Shown: positions 52,221-64,000 of the stretch, piece by piece | How positions within the stretch are numbered: the first letter of the stretch is position 1 | How the letters are laid out: every line of letters starts with the position of its first letter | Assembly (NCBI GenBank): GCA_951406725.2 | Contig: OX597816.1 | Span: forward strand, 99,200,001-99,264,000 | Length of the DNA stretch: 64,000 bases | Source of the DNA: Octopus vulgaris | Lineage: Eukaryota | Direction of reading: 5' to 3' | The notes under the pieces: model-generated | Told to the model about the DNA's origin: nothing | Seen by the model: the letters and a program-made list of their open reading frames with translations, nothing else | The model's database searches: none | Position numbers and translations under genes: made by a program

Positions 52221-53915
52221 TATGATAATTATGATATAATGTTACACCATTCAAAGTTTAGGTAAACTTCGTTACTCACTTACTCACTCTCTCTTTCTCT
52301 CTATCTTTCTCACATTCACTCTCTCTCTCTTTCTCTCTCCCTCACTCCCCCCCTCTCTCTCTCTCTCTCTCTCCAACAATAATGAAACTCATTTCGACGC
52401 CAAAAGTTGCAAAGGGAGAATGCCTTACTTTTTAAAATCTATTCTGCAGCCAGCCTGGGATTATTTCTTAGTCAAAATCGTGCGGGTGAAACAATAAAAT
52501 AATACCGTTTTGTTTTACTTACCAGTTATTGATTTCTGTAATATTGTCAACAGTTTTCTACACAAGCTATGTGTATGCAGTAAAAACTATACCTACAAAT
52601 GTGTTTGTATATATGTACGTGCACAAACACGGACACATACGCACGTATATACGCACAAACACACGCGCACCCACACTTGCGCGCACACATATTTGTGTAT
52701 GTATATCAGTATATATATGTGTGTTCATAAGTATATAATAATGCATATGTACCTATTTAGAAAGACATACACTTTCAAGCACTTACTCACCTTTGCCCTA
52801 ACCGAAAACAAAGATATAAACTGAAGGTCTCTGAGGAACAAATATACTTGCATGATATGCCATTTTGAAATATTTGAAGTTACTATCCAAATATAGTAGT
52901 GTCGGACGTCATACACTAAATCTAAATGCTAGTAAAATTATGATAAATGAAATCCCAAAGACACAGAAATTGCGGTCTGTCTATCTGATGGTAAAACTCG
53001 ATGGTGATTTCTTCACAGAGATGACAGAAAGAAACAAACATATCGCTGAGTGCAATTCTCAAAGGATATATTTGAGGCTGGGATGAAGGATTTCTCAAGA
53101 AATCTATGTAAACAGGAGTTAATCTGACGTCTTCTGCAAACAGAAATGAGCTCATAATGCTTCACTAATGATTGATTGTCAGATACGTTCGTCTTCTCAT
53201 GTTGATACGGTGTAAGAAAAGAGTGCAAAAAGGGAAAAAAAACTAACACAAATTCTAATTACAGTTAACACTAAAATCAGAAATATGTCTGGTAAGCCGT
53301 ACAGGTATGCACAGCTTTAATGTGTTTTTAACCTGAGAGTATATGATAAATATCTATACGCGTTGGGATTAGGTTCTTTTCGATGTGATAGTATTTTAAC
53401 AAGTTCTTTTTATACAATAACGATTGTAAAAGAAATACAATACAGAGGCTTTCGTTTTATATTATTATCAATCTTCCACATTTGTTTTTCATATCACTGT
53501 CTTCAACAATAGCTGTCGCCGTGATGAAACTCCGTTTCTCAAATCAGTTATTTTCTCATGTTTATTGCTGACATTTCTACAAATATGTAAATATATTAAT
53601 TTCTTTCGACAATGATAAAGGTCAATTTTAAAGAAGGGGAGGTAAAAATCGATAGCACCGATCACAGTGTAATGACAATACGTAATTTATCGACACGCCA
53701 AAGAGAAAAATGATAACGTGACCTTCGAATGATTTGAATTCTAGTCAGAATGTTCCTGGGATTCACTACAGCATCAATTTTGGCGCAATACAGTCCGGAC
53801 ATCTGTACCATTCGTTAAAACATTTAAATATATTGAACAGTGGAAATTATTCATAAAACTTTCATGAATAATGGATTTCAGTTCTCCTAGTGAAGTATTA
53901 GTCGGGGTTTCTTTC

Positions 53916-54080
53916 TAGTAAATGAGAAACTATCCATTCTGTAAAGGTGTGTGCGCGTGGTTGCACATGAACACACACACTACATACACTCATATATATA
54001 TATGTGTGTGTGTGTTTGCTTATGTGCAACCGCGCACAGGCACATACACCTTTATAGAATGAATAGTTTCTCATTTACTA
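53916..54080. repeat. 165-bp hairpin element (MITE-like, TA-flanked)
   Basis: TA|GTAAATGAGAAACTATCCATTCTGTAAAGGTGT ... ACACCTTTATAGAATGAATAGTTTCTCATTTAC|TA, with a CA/TA/TG centre. Confidence 0.8.
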
Positions 54081-54119
54081 AATATGTGTGTGTGTAGAAG
54101 CAATTATTGGAATAAGCAA

Positions 54120-54845
54120 ATTAGACACATTAAATAGATTAACTACATTAAGTACATCAGTATATATGCAAAACGAGAGAATGCAAAAGGTGGAAACTTT
54201 CAGAGTATGAATGAGGGATTTATATGTATTAATGCGTATATATTTATATAAATAGAGTACAAAGGATGTGGAGTATTGTTATTATGAGTCCGAAAGCTGT
54301 TATAATGCTGGTAGATGTTGTCCATCGCAAAATCCGGCCGTATGGATGTATTTAACATAGGATAAGATGATCCTCCTTCCTCAAGGTAGAGAAGACCTTA
54401 CATTTCAGGTCTAAATGCAGAGAAGTTCAAAGACGGAATGTTTAAATATGGAGAACTAAAGTGTATTGGATTCGGAACTGGGGGTGGGGCTATTGAGAAA
54501 GGGAATGGTGAGAGGAGGAAAGATAGTTGAAGAAGAGTGAGGATTTAATAATGAGGCTAGTAAGGGAATGGCAAATATTTGCCATTCCTTTTTTCACTAT
54601 CTCAACCAATAATTTTATAGACTTCATTCCCACACTTCAACAAGCTCAACACAATAGACTACCGTTCATATACTATCGACCCCACCCTTCTATTCACCTT
54701 TTTACTCCAGCTCAACCTGATCCCTCTGATAGCCTCTCTTTACCTTGTGGGATGATCTGCTGCAAAGACTTCGGAGTCTAAGTTTGAATCCTTTGAGCAG
54801 TAATAAATGTTTTCTCTACAGAGAATATCTGGATCTCATCTGTGA
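54120..54845 (-). mobile_element. Probable PLE 3' fragment (family of 19935-20330) with about 400 bp of extra internal sequence
   Basis: Shares blocks with 19935-20330 at both ends. The minus strand reads EDHLILC*IHPYG. Confidence 0.55.
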
Positions 54846-54933
54846 ACTTTATACATATATATGTGTATGTGTGTATATATGTATGTACGTATATATGTAT
54901 ATATCTACGTATATATATATATATATATATATA

Positions 54934-55217
54934 TCATCATGTGACCGACCAGTTCATCAGATGTAGTTAAACATCGCTGGTCACAATGCGTTCGCATTGT
55001 TTTAGCCTTCGAATGACTCCACCCTGCTGGCTAAGCGAGCAGGCCAACAGAAGAAAGAGTGGGAGAAAGAGTACAGCAGGGATCACCACACCCTGCCGGA
55101 GCATCGTGGAGCTTTTAGGTCTTTTCGCTCAATAAACACTTACAACGCCCGGTCTGGGAATCGAAACCGCGATCCTACGACCGCGAGTCCGCTGCCCTAA
55201 CCACTAGGCCATTGCGC

Positions 55218-55218
<1 letters not shown>
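54934..55218 (-). mobile_element. Full-length tRNA(Arg)-like SINE (octopus OR-type, inferred)
   Basis: Minus-strand head GGCGCAATGGCCTAGTGGTTAGGGCAGCGGACTCGCGGTCG...GGTTTCGATTCCC, with A and B boxes and TCG at the anticodon position. Confidence 0.85.
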
Positions 55219-55266
<48 letters not shown>

Positions 55267-56565
55267 GGAGTGGAGGAACTCTTTAAAGTCAACGGCCAGC
55301 CAATACTGGGTATACAATTTTTTTCCTACTATTTCTTATGGACAGCGAGAGTGAGTGACACCTAGTTTCGTTAGGGGATCAGTTTAGAACAATGGTGTTG
55401 ATTGCTTCTTTTTGGGATATCTATTATCTTTTTTAGAGAGTGGTATTGGGTGTGTCCAAGGCCTCTCATCACTTTAAAAAAGCATTATGCACAGACATCG
55501 CTGAACGTACCGGCATGCGCATTTTATACTCGAGAACGAGGAAATGACCATCGTGTGTGCATATCCTTATTCACCTTTATTTCAAGATTTCTTGCCAATA
55601 GAGAAAGAAGTGATTTCTAACCTAGACCCTAAGGCTCCTTCTTTAGAATTTCAACAACAGCAACAGTGTATTTTGTATGTATGTATGTATGTACGTATGT
55701 ATGTATGCATGCATATATGTATGTGCAGGTTTGCATGTTTTTTTCTGTGTGTATTGTCATGCATATAGTTGCATAGCTAGACATGCTCATATATACTTAA
55801 ATGATAAACTTCTGGGAAGTTTTACAGATTTTTACAGATCCAGTGATGGATTGGATCTGTAGTCTTTGAATCAGTTTTCATTTTGGTTTTGAGAAACTTA
55901 ATTTCTTAAGATTGATATGTATGTATATATGTATGTATGTATATGTATGTATGTATCTATGCATACATACATGCATGTATGCACGCTCGTATGTATGCAT
56001 GTAAGTATGTATGCATCTATCTATGTATATAGATTTTGTTGAACAGGCATGTGATCGAAACAAATGCAAGTAAAATATCTTCCTCTCGCCTTATTAGCTG
56101 CACTGTGTCAATTGTAAGATACAGTCAGTTCTTTTGTATATACTATTATCGGGAAAAAGCAAGTAGTTATCTTGCGTGGAGTAGAAAATTAACAGCAGAA
56201 TACAGATTAAGATAACGGACATTTTACTAATTATAGCCAAGGAAAATAACAAAAAAGAAAAATATCTCTACACATGATCCAATTAACTATATATGTAGAA
56301 AATAATGACGTTATACCTGTCAAAGATAGGTAACTGACGTTGTTAATCTAGTGAGATTTATTCAATTAATTTAAAGAAGAAAGCAGTATATTTAGCAATT
56401 CACCTCTTTCCTCTTTACTGACATTCAGAAACGCGTGTTTTCTGTGACTCGGGTCCTGTTCTTACATATATCTACTGATATATTTTATGTGCGTGTGTAC
56501 GTACATGTGAGTGTATGTGTGTATATGTGGTGCAGGTGTACACACACATGGATAATTTCACTTCA

Positions 56566-58577
56566 TCTATGACTATAAAACTCAAAAATGTGTGTGCGCG
56601 TGTGCGTGCATGCATGCCTTTTTCTGCGTTTCCATATTTTTCATCCGATTTTGATGAAATTTTTTTTTTATTAAGTGGCAAATTTACCCAGACAGGTCAC
56701 TGCAGCACTACCGATACGTAGAGATACCCACTTCTAGGAGAAAAATCGATAAAACTGAAGGGACCCCCCCCCCCCCCACACACACACACTTGTTGCAAAA
56801 AAAAAGGCAAAAATTGCAAAAAAAGGACATAAGTTGCACGCGAGAAAAGTTTTAACAGGAACGTCCGATTTTGATAATTTTGGTGTCAAAAGGACCATCA
56901 CGTTGCGACATTTCACACAAATATTTTGCACTGCCATGAAACCTGATTCCCAAGAAAATTGCGAAAAACTTTTAGAAAAAATCGACTTTTCGTATTTTTG
57001 CAAAGATACACTGTAGAAAACGTTTTACTGGAAAGTCCGATTTGGTTTTTTTACGGCAAAAACTGACATGTAACAGCGGTTCTATCCGTCCAAAGGTATC
57101 CCTGTGCGATAAAATAAAACGCGAAAAACTGTGAAAAAGACGATTTTTATACACTTTTTTCCCCTTTAAATCTTCGAAAACTTCTTACTGCTTCGGTAGA
57201 TTGCATTCAAACTTTACACAATATTTACTCTTCCTAAGGATAATGTTAGGAGACTCAAATTTGCACAGAATTCATCTGTATATGACCAACAACTGCGAAA
57301 ATCTGAATAGAAAATCGTTTTTTTTCCCTAAATACCTCATATTTGACCGACCATGAAGGCCCAGCTTTTCAGCGACAACTTATCGGGGGACTTCTCGAAG
57401 CAACTTCTCACCGTTGGTGATGGCACAGCTCCCTCCGATACAGTTGGAGAGATGACTGTCTGACACGTAGGCACACATGTGGACACTGTAGATGGCCGCT
57501 GTTTTCCCCGATCTGCACATAAACTACCAAAACCTGAACTGGCTGTGCGAAAGAACCATATTACCTCCCAAAAATACATTTGTGACGAAATTCAATGAAA
57601 ACCTATTGCGAAGCCTTCCTGGAAACCTCCACACCTACAAGTCTGTGGACACTTGTGGACCAAGAAAAGGCCGTTAATTTTTTCACAGATTTCCTCAATT
57701 CCTTGGACTCTTACAGACTAACGCCTCATCAACTGTACCTCAAAATTGAAGCTCCGGTCATGCTGGTGGGGAATCTGGAGCCACCACGTCTGTGCAACGG
57801 AACACGGTTAGTGGTAAAAAAATATGCTGCCTCATGTTATTGAAGCAACAATTCTTACGGTTTGCGGCATCGGAGACGTCTTTATATCCAGGATACCTCT
57901 TACTCCATCAGATAAGCAATGCCTCTGTTCCTTGCGTAGACTTCAGTTACCTCTTCGACTTTACTTTGCCACATATACTTCGGATGCTCAAGAGTCGGAT
58001 GCCCCCCCCCCCAAATCTTCGTGTTTACCCCGAAAGCCAAAATGAAAGATGTCGTCTACCGTGAGATGCTGTAGGCCTTCTAACATACCGCACCTTCCCT
58101 ACTGAACCGGTTTATGATGAGTGAGTACTACTGTGGCCATTCTTGCAAAATTACTTGTTTTTCTCCAGTCTTTTTTATTATTTTGTTCACTGTAGCTTCT
58201 CAATATCCTTGCAGATGGCTTGAGTTTTTGCATCACTGAACCCACTGCTTTTCATGTGAACGAAAAGGACGTTTATACCTGTGAACGGTTAACAATCCTT
58301 TTCAGGGCTATTATGAGAACGATAACACGGCCCCTTTCAGGGACACTTTACATTCAATTATTGCACCCCCTGCGATGCTCTTGTGGCTTTTCCAAGCCTA
58401 TTCATCCTATTGTTACTACATTATTTTGGTCTATGAGGAAAATCACTTCATCCACAATGTCAATGTTTGCTACTTAACGCAAGAAATACTCAGAGATGTA
58501 CAGCGAAAAAATGGTTGAACCTATTAAGATCATTGCCGAGTACTTAGTACCCGAGCAACGCCGGATACCCCTGCTAG
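56566..58577 (+). mobile_element. Helitron deletion derivative, 2.0 kb, both termini intact
   Basis: 5' end A|TCTATGACTATAAAACTC. 3' end CCCGAGCAACGCCGGA-TACCCCTGCTAG|T. Confidence 0.88.
57350..57990 (+). pseudogene. Helitron Pif1-like helicase fragment
   Basis: AVFPDLHINYQNLNWLCERTILPPKN, FLNSLD...PHQLYLKIEAPVMLVGNLEPPRLCNGTRLVV and RRLQLPLRLYFA. Homologous to 12000-12560. Confidence 0.9.
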
Positions 58578-59124
58578 TATGTAACAAATGTCCTCGAAAA
58601 AATATAATTGTTCAAATTAATATTTCACCTCCTTTCAAAAGCGATTAAAAGAGTCCGACTTATGATTTACACTACGACTTCGTAAAACCAGCCACGATTA
58701 CACAAAACAGACCCATGGGTTGGGGGGTGTCACCGAATGGTCAAAGGTGTCATCCGCCAGGAGCAGGGAATCACCAACAATTGGAGGGAACAGTGACGGG
58801 ATGTTACAGCGCATACCCCCATACTACTACTACTACTACTCACGTTTCGGGATTACTATTAAAGGTAATTGCAAATCTTTATAAAATAATGAAATTATCG
58901 GTGAGATTATCGTGTGGAAGGATAACGCGAAATGATTTCAATTTTATGTATTACATCAGTGATCAATCAAACTCGTACAATGATGTCTATCTTTTCTTGT
59001 TTGATTGAGATATCAGCTCCTAATGGATCTTTAGACAAGCTGTTGTGAGATAACGCATATCTTAGACATTTTAAACCTGGCAGAGGTTATGTTTCTTGAT
59101 CTCCATGCAGCTGCGTTTTTAAGA

Positions 59125-59548
59125 GACAAAGAGAATGAAAATACAGAAGAAGGGGAGAAGGAGGAGAATGAAGAGGAGAAGAGGAGGATGAGCATGAAGA
59201 GAAGAAAGAGGAGGAAAATAATAAAGCAGGAGGGAAGAAACAAGAAGAGGAGGAAGAGAATGAAGAGAGGAAGAGGAGGAGATAATAAATCGGAAGGGAA
59301 GAACGAGGAAGCGGAGGAAGAGAATGAAGAGGAGTCGAAGAAAAAGGAGGAGGAGGAGAAGAATGTAGGGGAGGAAAAGTATAAGCATGAGGAGAGGAAT
59401 TAAGTGGAGGAGAAAGAGAGGAAGGGGAGGAGGAGAATAAAGTGGAGGGGAAGAAAAAGAGGTGGAGGAGTTGTAGGAGATTGAAGAGGGTAGAAGGTAA
59501 AGGGGAGGAGGAGAAGGGAATGAGGAGGAGGAGGAGGAGGAGGAGGGG
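59125..59548. repeat. Purine-rich low-complexity (GAG/GAA) tract
   Basis: Almost entirely A/G on the + strand, ending in (GAG)n. Confidence 0.9.
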
Positions 59549-60580
59549 CGTCTCCAGCGCTAGGACAATTTTGACTTGTGGTTTGAACTCAGCGCAGAAA
59601 GACGGAATGATTACAGATATTTATGCAATAACGTAAGGTACTTCTTCAAATCGCCGCCCTTATTTCCTATATTCATTGTAAGAATTCAGCTCACATAAAT
59701 TTTACACTAACAATTGTGAGTTGTTTCATTATATTGCATTAACTTACAGCTTGGTGGGCTGGTCAGATTTCTGAGAGATGTATTTCAGCAATAGATTCAT
59801 TGCAATACTAGAATCAGGATTCGAACTACCAACTGTTTAATTATCATTCGCAATGCACTTTCATTTTGGATGTCTTATATTCATATTATTACACAATAAT
59901 ATCCTCCCTATTTCAGAAGAAACATTAGAACTCTTTATGGTTCATAATGATTTGGATGAGAAAAATATTTTCTACATCAATAACTACTGAAAACATTCAT
60001 TAGATGATGATATAGAATATTCAATTACGGGCATGGAAATATGAGAACCTTGAATTAGATATTCAGAGTATCCAATTCAAAGCCTACATAGGAACAATTG
60101 TATCAGGCAATAATTTAGAACAACGTAAATATGTATTAGTAATATTGTTGGGTACAGTTATTCGAATATGCCGCTTAATCATCAATAATGTTTCAAAAAA
60201 AGAACATTTTATGTATTCTCGTATCCAATGTCATTAGAAACTATGAGATGATTTGACAATGAATCCCTATAATTGGAAAGGCATAAAAGTGTTGTTTTGT
60301 GTCTCCTAGTTGAATGAAAGTGGTATGTGAATATAGACGAAAAATATGCATGCACAAACATACACACACGCATTTTATATTTGCATATTTGATCTAGTTC
60401 GTTTGAAATTTGAGCATATCGTTGGATGCAGGTTTCCAAAGAGTGAGTAACACACTTAATATTCCTGTGAGTGTGTGTGCCTGAGTGTGTATTTTTGTAT
60501 GCATTCATGCATATATGTGTGAAACAGAGAGAGAGAGAGAAGGATGAAATCCTAAAATGTCTGAATTATGATATAGGCGT

Positions 60581-60880
60581 GGAGGCACATGGTCTAGGGG
60601 TTAGAGCAGCGGACTCGCGGTCGAGGGATCGCGAGTTCGAATCTCAGACCCGGCGATGTGTGTGTTTATGAGCGAAGCACCTAAGCTCCACGCGGCTCCG
60701 GCAGAAGGTAATGTCGAACTTCTGCTGACTCTTTCACCACAACTTTCTCTCACTCTTTCCTCCTGCATCTTGCAGCTCACCTGCGACGGACCGGCGTTCC
60801 GTCAAGGTGGGGAACTTATACGCCCAGGCAACCGGGAAACCGGCCCTGATGAGCCAGGCATGACTCGAGAAGGAACAAAC
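60581..60880 (+). mobile_element. tRNA(Arg)-like SINE with a V-domain-like 3' part
   Basis: The head is homologous to 54934-55218. The 3' part CCTGCGACGGACCGGCGTTCCGTCAAGG...CCGGCCCTGATGAGCC resembles the V-SINE domain as I recall it. Confidence 0.75.
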
Positions 60881-60889
60881 ATGATATAT

Positions 60890-61110
60890 GTTTCTTTATT
60901 ACCCACTAGGGGCTAAACATAGAGGGGACAAACAAACGAATAACGTCGATTACATTGACCCCCAGTGCATAACTGGTACTTAATTTATCGACCCCCGAAG
61001 GGATGAAAGGCAAAGTCGACCTCGGCGGAATTTGAACTCAGAACGTAACGGTAGACGAAATACGGCTACGCATTTCGCCCGGCAAGCTAACGGTTCTGCC
61101 AGCTCGCCGC
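60890..61110 (-). mobile_element. Young MetaSINE-like SINE
   Basis: Nearly identical to 51991-52220. Confidence 0.85.
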
Positions 61111-61364
61111 CCGATGTAGGCAAACTTTTACAACTTAACAAATAAACTTCATTTACAAAGTTTAAATTTACTCTAAATCACATTTCTTAAACTAGCCCTT
61201 GAATGATGATTTCGGCGTAGAACCTCAGCCTTTATCTGCTACGAGATCGAATCCACCGGTTATAGCCGACTATGATACAGCGTTTCAATGCAAAAACATT
61301 TGACCTACCGTGCATTGACATCATTCATAAGCCATTGGTGAGCTTTCACATTGATTTTGTGTGA

Positions 61365-61406
61365 GATATGTATGTGTATGTATATGTGCATATATAAATA
61401 TAAACG

Positions 61407-61461
<55 letters not shown>

Positions 61462-62114
61462 ATATATGTGTGTGTGTGTGTATGTAGATATGGGCATATA
61501 TACATACATATATAGATATGTAAAGCTACTTATCGAAGCGATATTCAGTACATAGATAAGGCTAGACATTTCCGTAGCCAAGTCTTTCAGGTTTTAATGT
61601 GTACAAATGTGTTAAATATAACTTCACGTAAATGTAATCATTATTGCTTTGTGTGCCGCCATTTAATTAATTTCAATTTGATAAAGCTTTGCACCCATCA
61701 GCAAGTTTGTCGTTTTCTGATTAAATATAAAACGGCTTTTCATAGCGAGCGGATTCGGTTTCCGTAGCTAATAAAGATTTACGACGCAGAAAAACGTATC
61801 CTACGGTCAGATGATTTCACTCAGAACCGAATACTATTTTATACTCATTGTCAATAAGGCTATGAGGAGAATTTCTGTGTAAATAAAGTATCCATAGCGA
61901 AGGTCTTTCCACGATTGAGTTTACTCTCACATGCTAACTAAAAATTTACACCTATATTTCAATCATCACAGCTCAATGTGCCTCTAGATAAATGTACATA
62001 CATACATACATACATACATAAACATATATATATATATATATTTATATATGCCTTTGCGTGTGAGTATGTATGTGTGTATGTATATATGTATATGTGCATA
62101 TATAAATATATACG

Positions 62115-62145
<31 letters not shown>

Positions 62146-62232
62146 GTGTGTTTGTGTATGTAAATATGTGCATATATACATATATAGATATGTGCAGCTA
62201 GACATCGAAGCGATATTCAGTACATAGATAAA
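61365..62232. repeat. Direct duplication of a microsatellite plus unique block (61365-61560 and 62065-62232)
   Basis: ATCGAAGCGATATTCAGTACATAGATAA and TATGTGCATATATAAATATA occur in both copies, about 670-710 bp apart. Confidence 0.8.
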
Positions 62233-64000
62233 TTTATAAGTATGGCATATGTCATTGCACCACTATGAAATAGGCTTGCGGTATTAATGGATAGTCAGGC
62301 CCATCTTGTTGTTTATAGATTATTTTTACACACCTTAGATACTATATCTTCGCTGTTCATATCTTTGAGAAAGTATGATCAGCAGAAAATACATTTCTCA
62401 TTCTCTCTAAATGTCAATATATGATTCTACTTTGGATTGTTCAGCAGGATACCACAGCATTTTTTTTCTTATCATAATACACTATTACAATGCCGTAGCA
62501 AGTCTGCTGTGAATACGAAACACTAATGTTTAAAATATGATACATGTTCCTATGTAAATAGGAAAAGAAAACATTTACATATTACCATATAACAGATGAG
62601 GTATTAATTCAAATGCTTATCACAACTCCACACATAAAACATGATAATAAGCTGTTTATCACATTGCATACTATGAATATAATATATATATTCCTCATAT
62701 TCTGCAAAAACTACATCAAGAAAGATTTATTTGTATGTTTGAGCATCTCTCCAATCAGTATATCCGACATCAGTAAGAAATTATGAAATCAGCTACGAAA
62801 CACTTGTTCGTGCATAAAATATACTTCCTCACAGAATTTGAATTATTCAACATAAGGATTAACCAAACCACATTAGATCATACAGTCATAATATTGTTGT
62901 CATTGCTTGATATATCCTCTGATGTCATAAACGTTTATTACGACTCCAATTTTTCAGACTATCAATCACATGATTTATATATGTATCTACCATACTACTT
63001 TTTGATAGGTCTGACCTCCAATAATCTTCAAGTGGTCGATATTTACGTAAGTAGTTGATTATATGTGCAGTAGATATTATGAAAACAGGCGGCATATGGT
63101 TATATCCTTTTATGTTATGAGTTCAAATCCCATGCAAGGTCGAAATGCATTTCCAATTCCAAGTTCAATAACCTAAATCCGAGTTGAAAGGAAACTAGAT
63201 ATTGGAGATCGATGTTATTGATAATACATTAGAAATCGTTACTCTACCATATTTTTCAAATATTTACCTAAACACATTTAGCGTTCCCAGCAGGTAAATC
63301 TTGAGAGAAACCATTAACAGTTAAAATCATCTTAAAATGAGGCTGGCCGTTTGATCATTTTAATACAACACTAAAATGTAGAAAGACACACATGTATTCA
63401 CTTTCATACACACATGCATACATATATTCTTACATATATACTTGCATATATATATATATATATGTTCGAGCACACTTGCCTATATGCTCCCGTATCTACG
63501 TATTTCTACTACAAGCATGTATATAGTATTCATGTATTATCAATAGCACAAATAGATGTAAATTTGTCATTTCTGAACATACGATTAAAGGGCAGATAAC
63601 TGTATGCATAATGATTGAAACCAGAAAATGAATACAACTAAGTGTTATCTGGCATACGTAAAATGTCGAACCCTCATATATGTATGGATGGATGGATGCA
63701 TGCATGCATGCATGCATGCATGTGGTTTAATGCTCTATTAAGGTAAGATCAACAAGATATCCCTTCCACTTTCTGCATCTACCTTCTTGTTTTTTTTCTC
63801 CTGTGGAAGCATCTTGTTCTTTAAATTGAATAGACCATGTGCTCAGAATCTGGAGACTGCTCGGATATAGAAGGAATGTCATAAAAACCTACTTCTATCC
63901 TCGTCTTCAATGCAAAAAACAAGAAATATATTAGTAGCTCTTATCTTTAAACTGTTTATATATATATATATATATATATACACCACTGCACGACCCAAAA

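Larger units (their letters stand above)
51161..52446. repeat. Approximately 1.3-kb imperfect palindrome (inverted duplication)
   Basis: TTTGCAATTTTTGGCGTCGAAATGAGTTTCAT (about 51193) and TAAACTTTGAATGGTGTAAC (about 51420) have reverse complements at about 52382 and 52241. The inner arms are SINE tails. Confidence 0.9.

Noticed and set aside
55150-55218. tRNA-Arg gene (also 60581-60650)
   Set aside because: There is no acceptor stem, and the sequence continues into a repeat body, so these are SINE heads.
59089-59403. E/K/R-rich 104-aa ORF
   Set aside because: It is a low-complexity purine tract with no domain or splice evidence.
60830-60875. GAAAC...CTGATGAG as a hammerhead in the V-like SINE
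   Set aside because: No NUH with supporting stems I and III is present in either the canonical or the permuted order.

Overview
This is AT-rich eukaryotic DNA dense in microsatellites and transposons. The SINE families and repeat landscape point to an octopus or other coleoid cephalopod (inference). I can support no intact host protein-coding gene, rRNA, tRNA gene or CRISPR array, and most ORF-track entries are translations of microsatellites. The window holds three Helitrons with both termini intact (one with a decayed Rep-helicase), decayed R4/Dong, CR1-like, Tx1 and RTE LINEs, several Penelope-like (PLE) relics, and several tRNA-derived SINE families. It also holds large fold-back palindromes. 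The main finding is two sequence-divergent repeats (34448-34563 and 45045-45173, minus strand) that each carry a complete hammerhead ribozyme core in a strand order that fits none of types I/II/III, giving a doubly pseudoknotted fold in which four helices covary between the copies. A canonical minimal PLE-type hammerhead is also present at 28577-28624. All calls were made by eye, and many boundaries are approximate.
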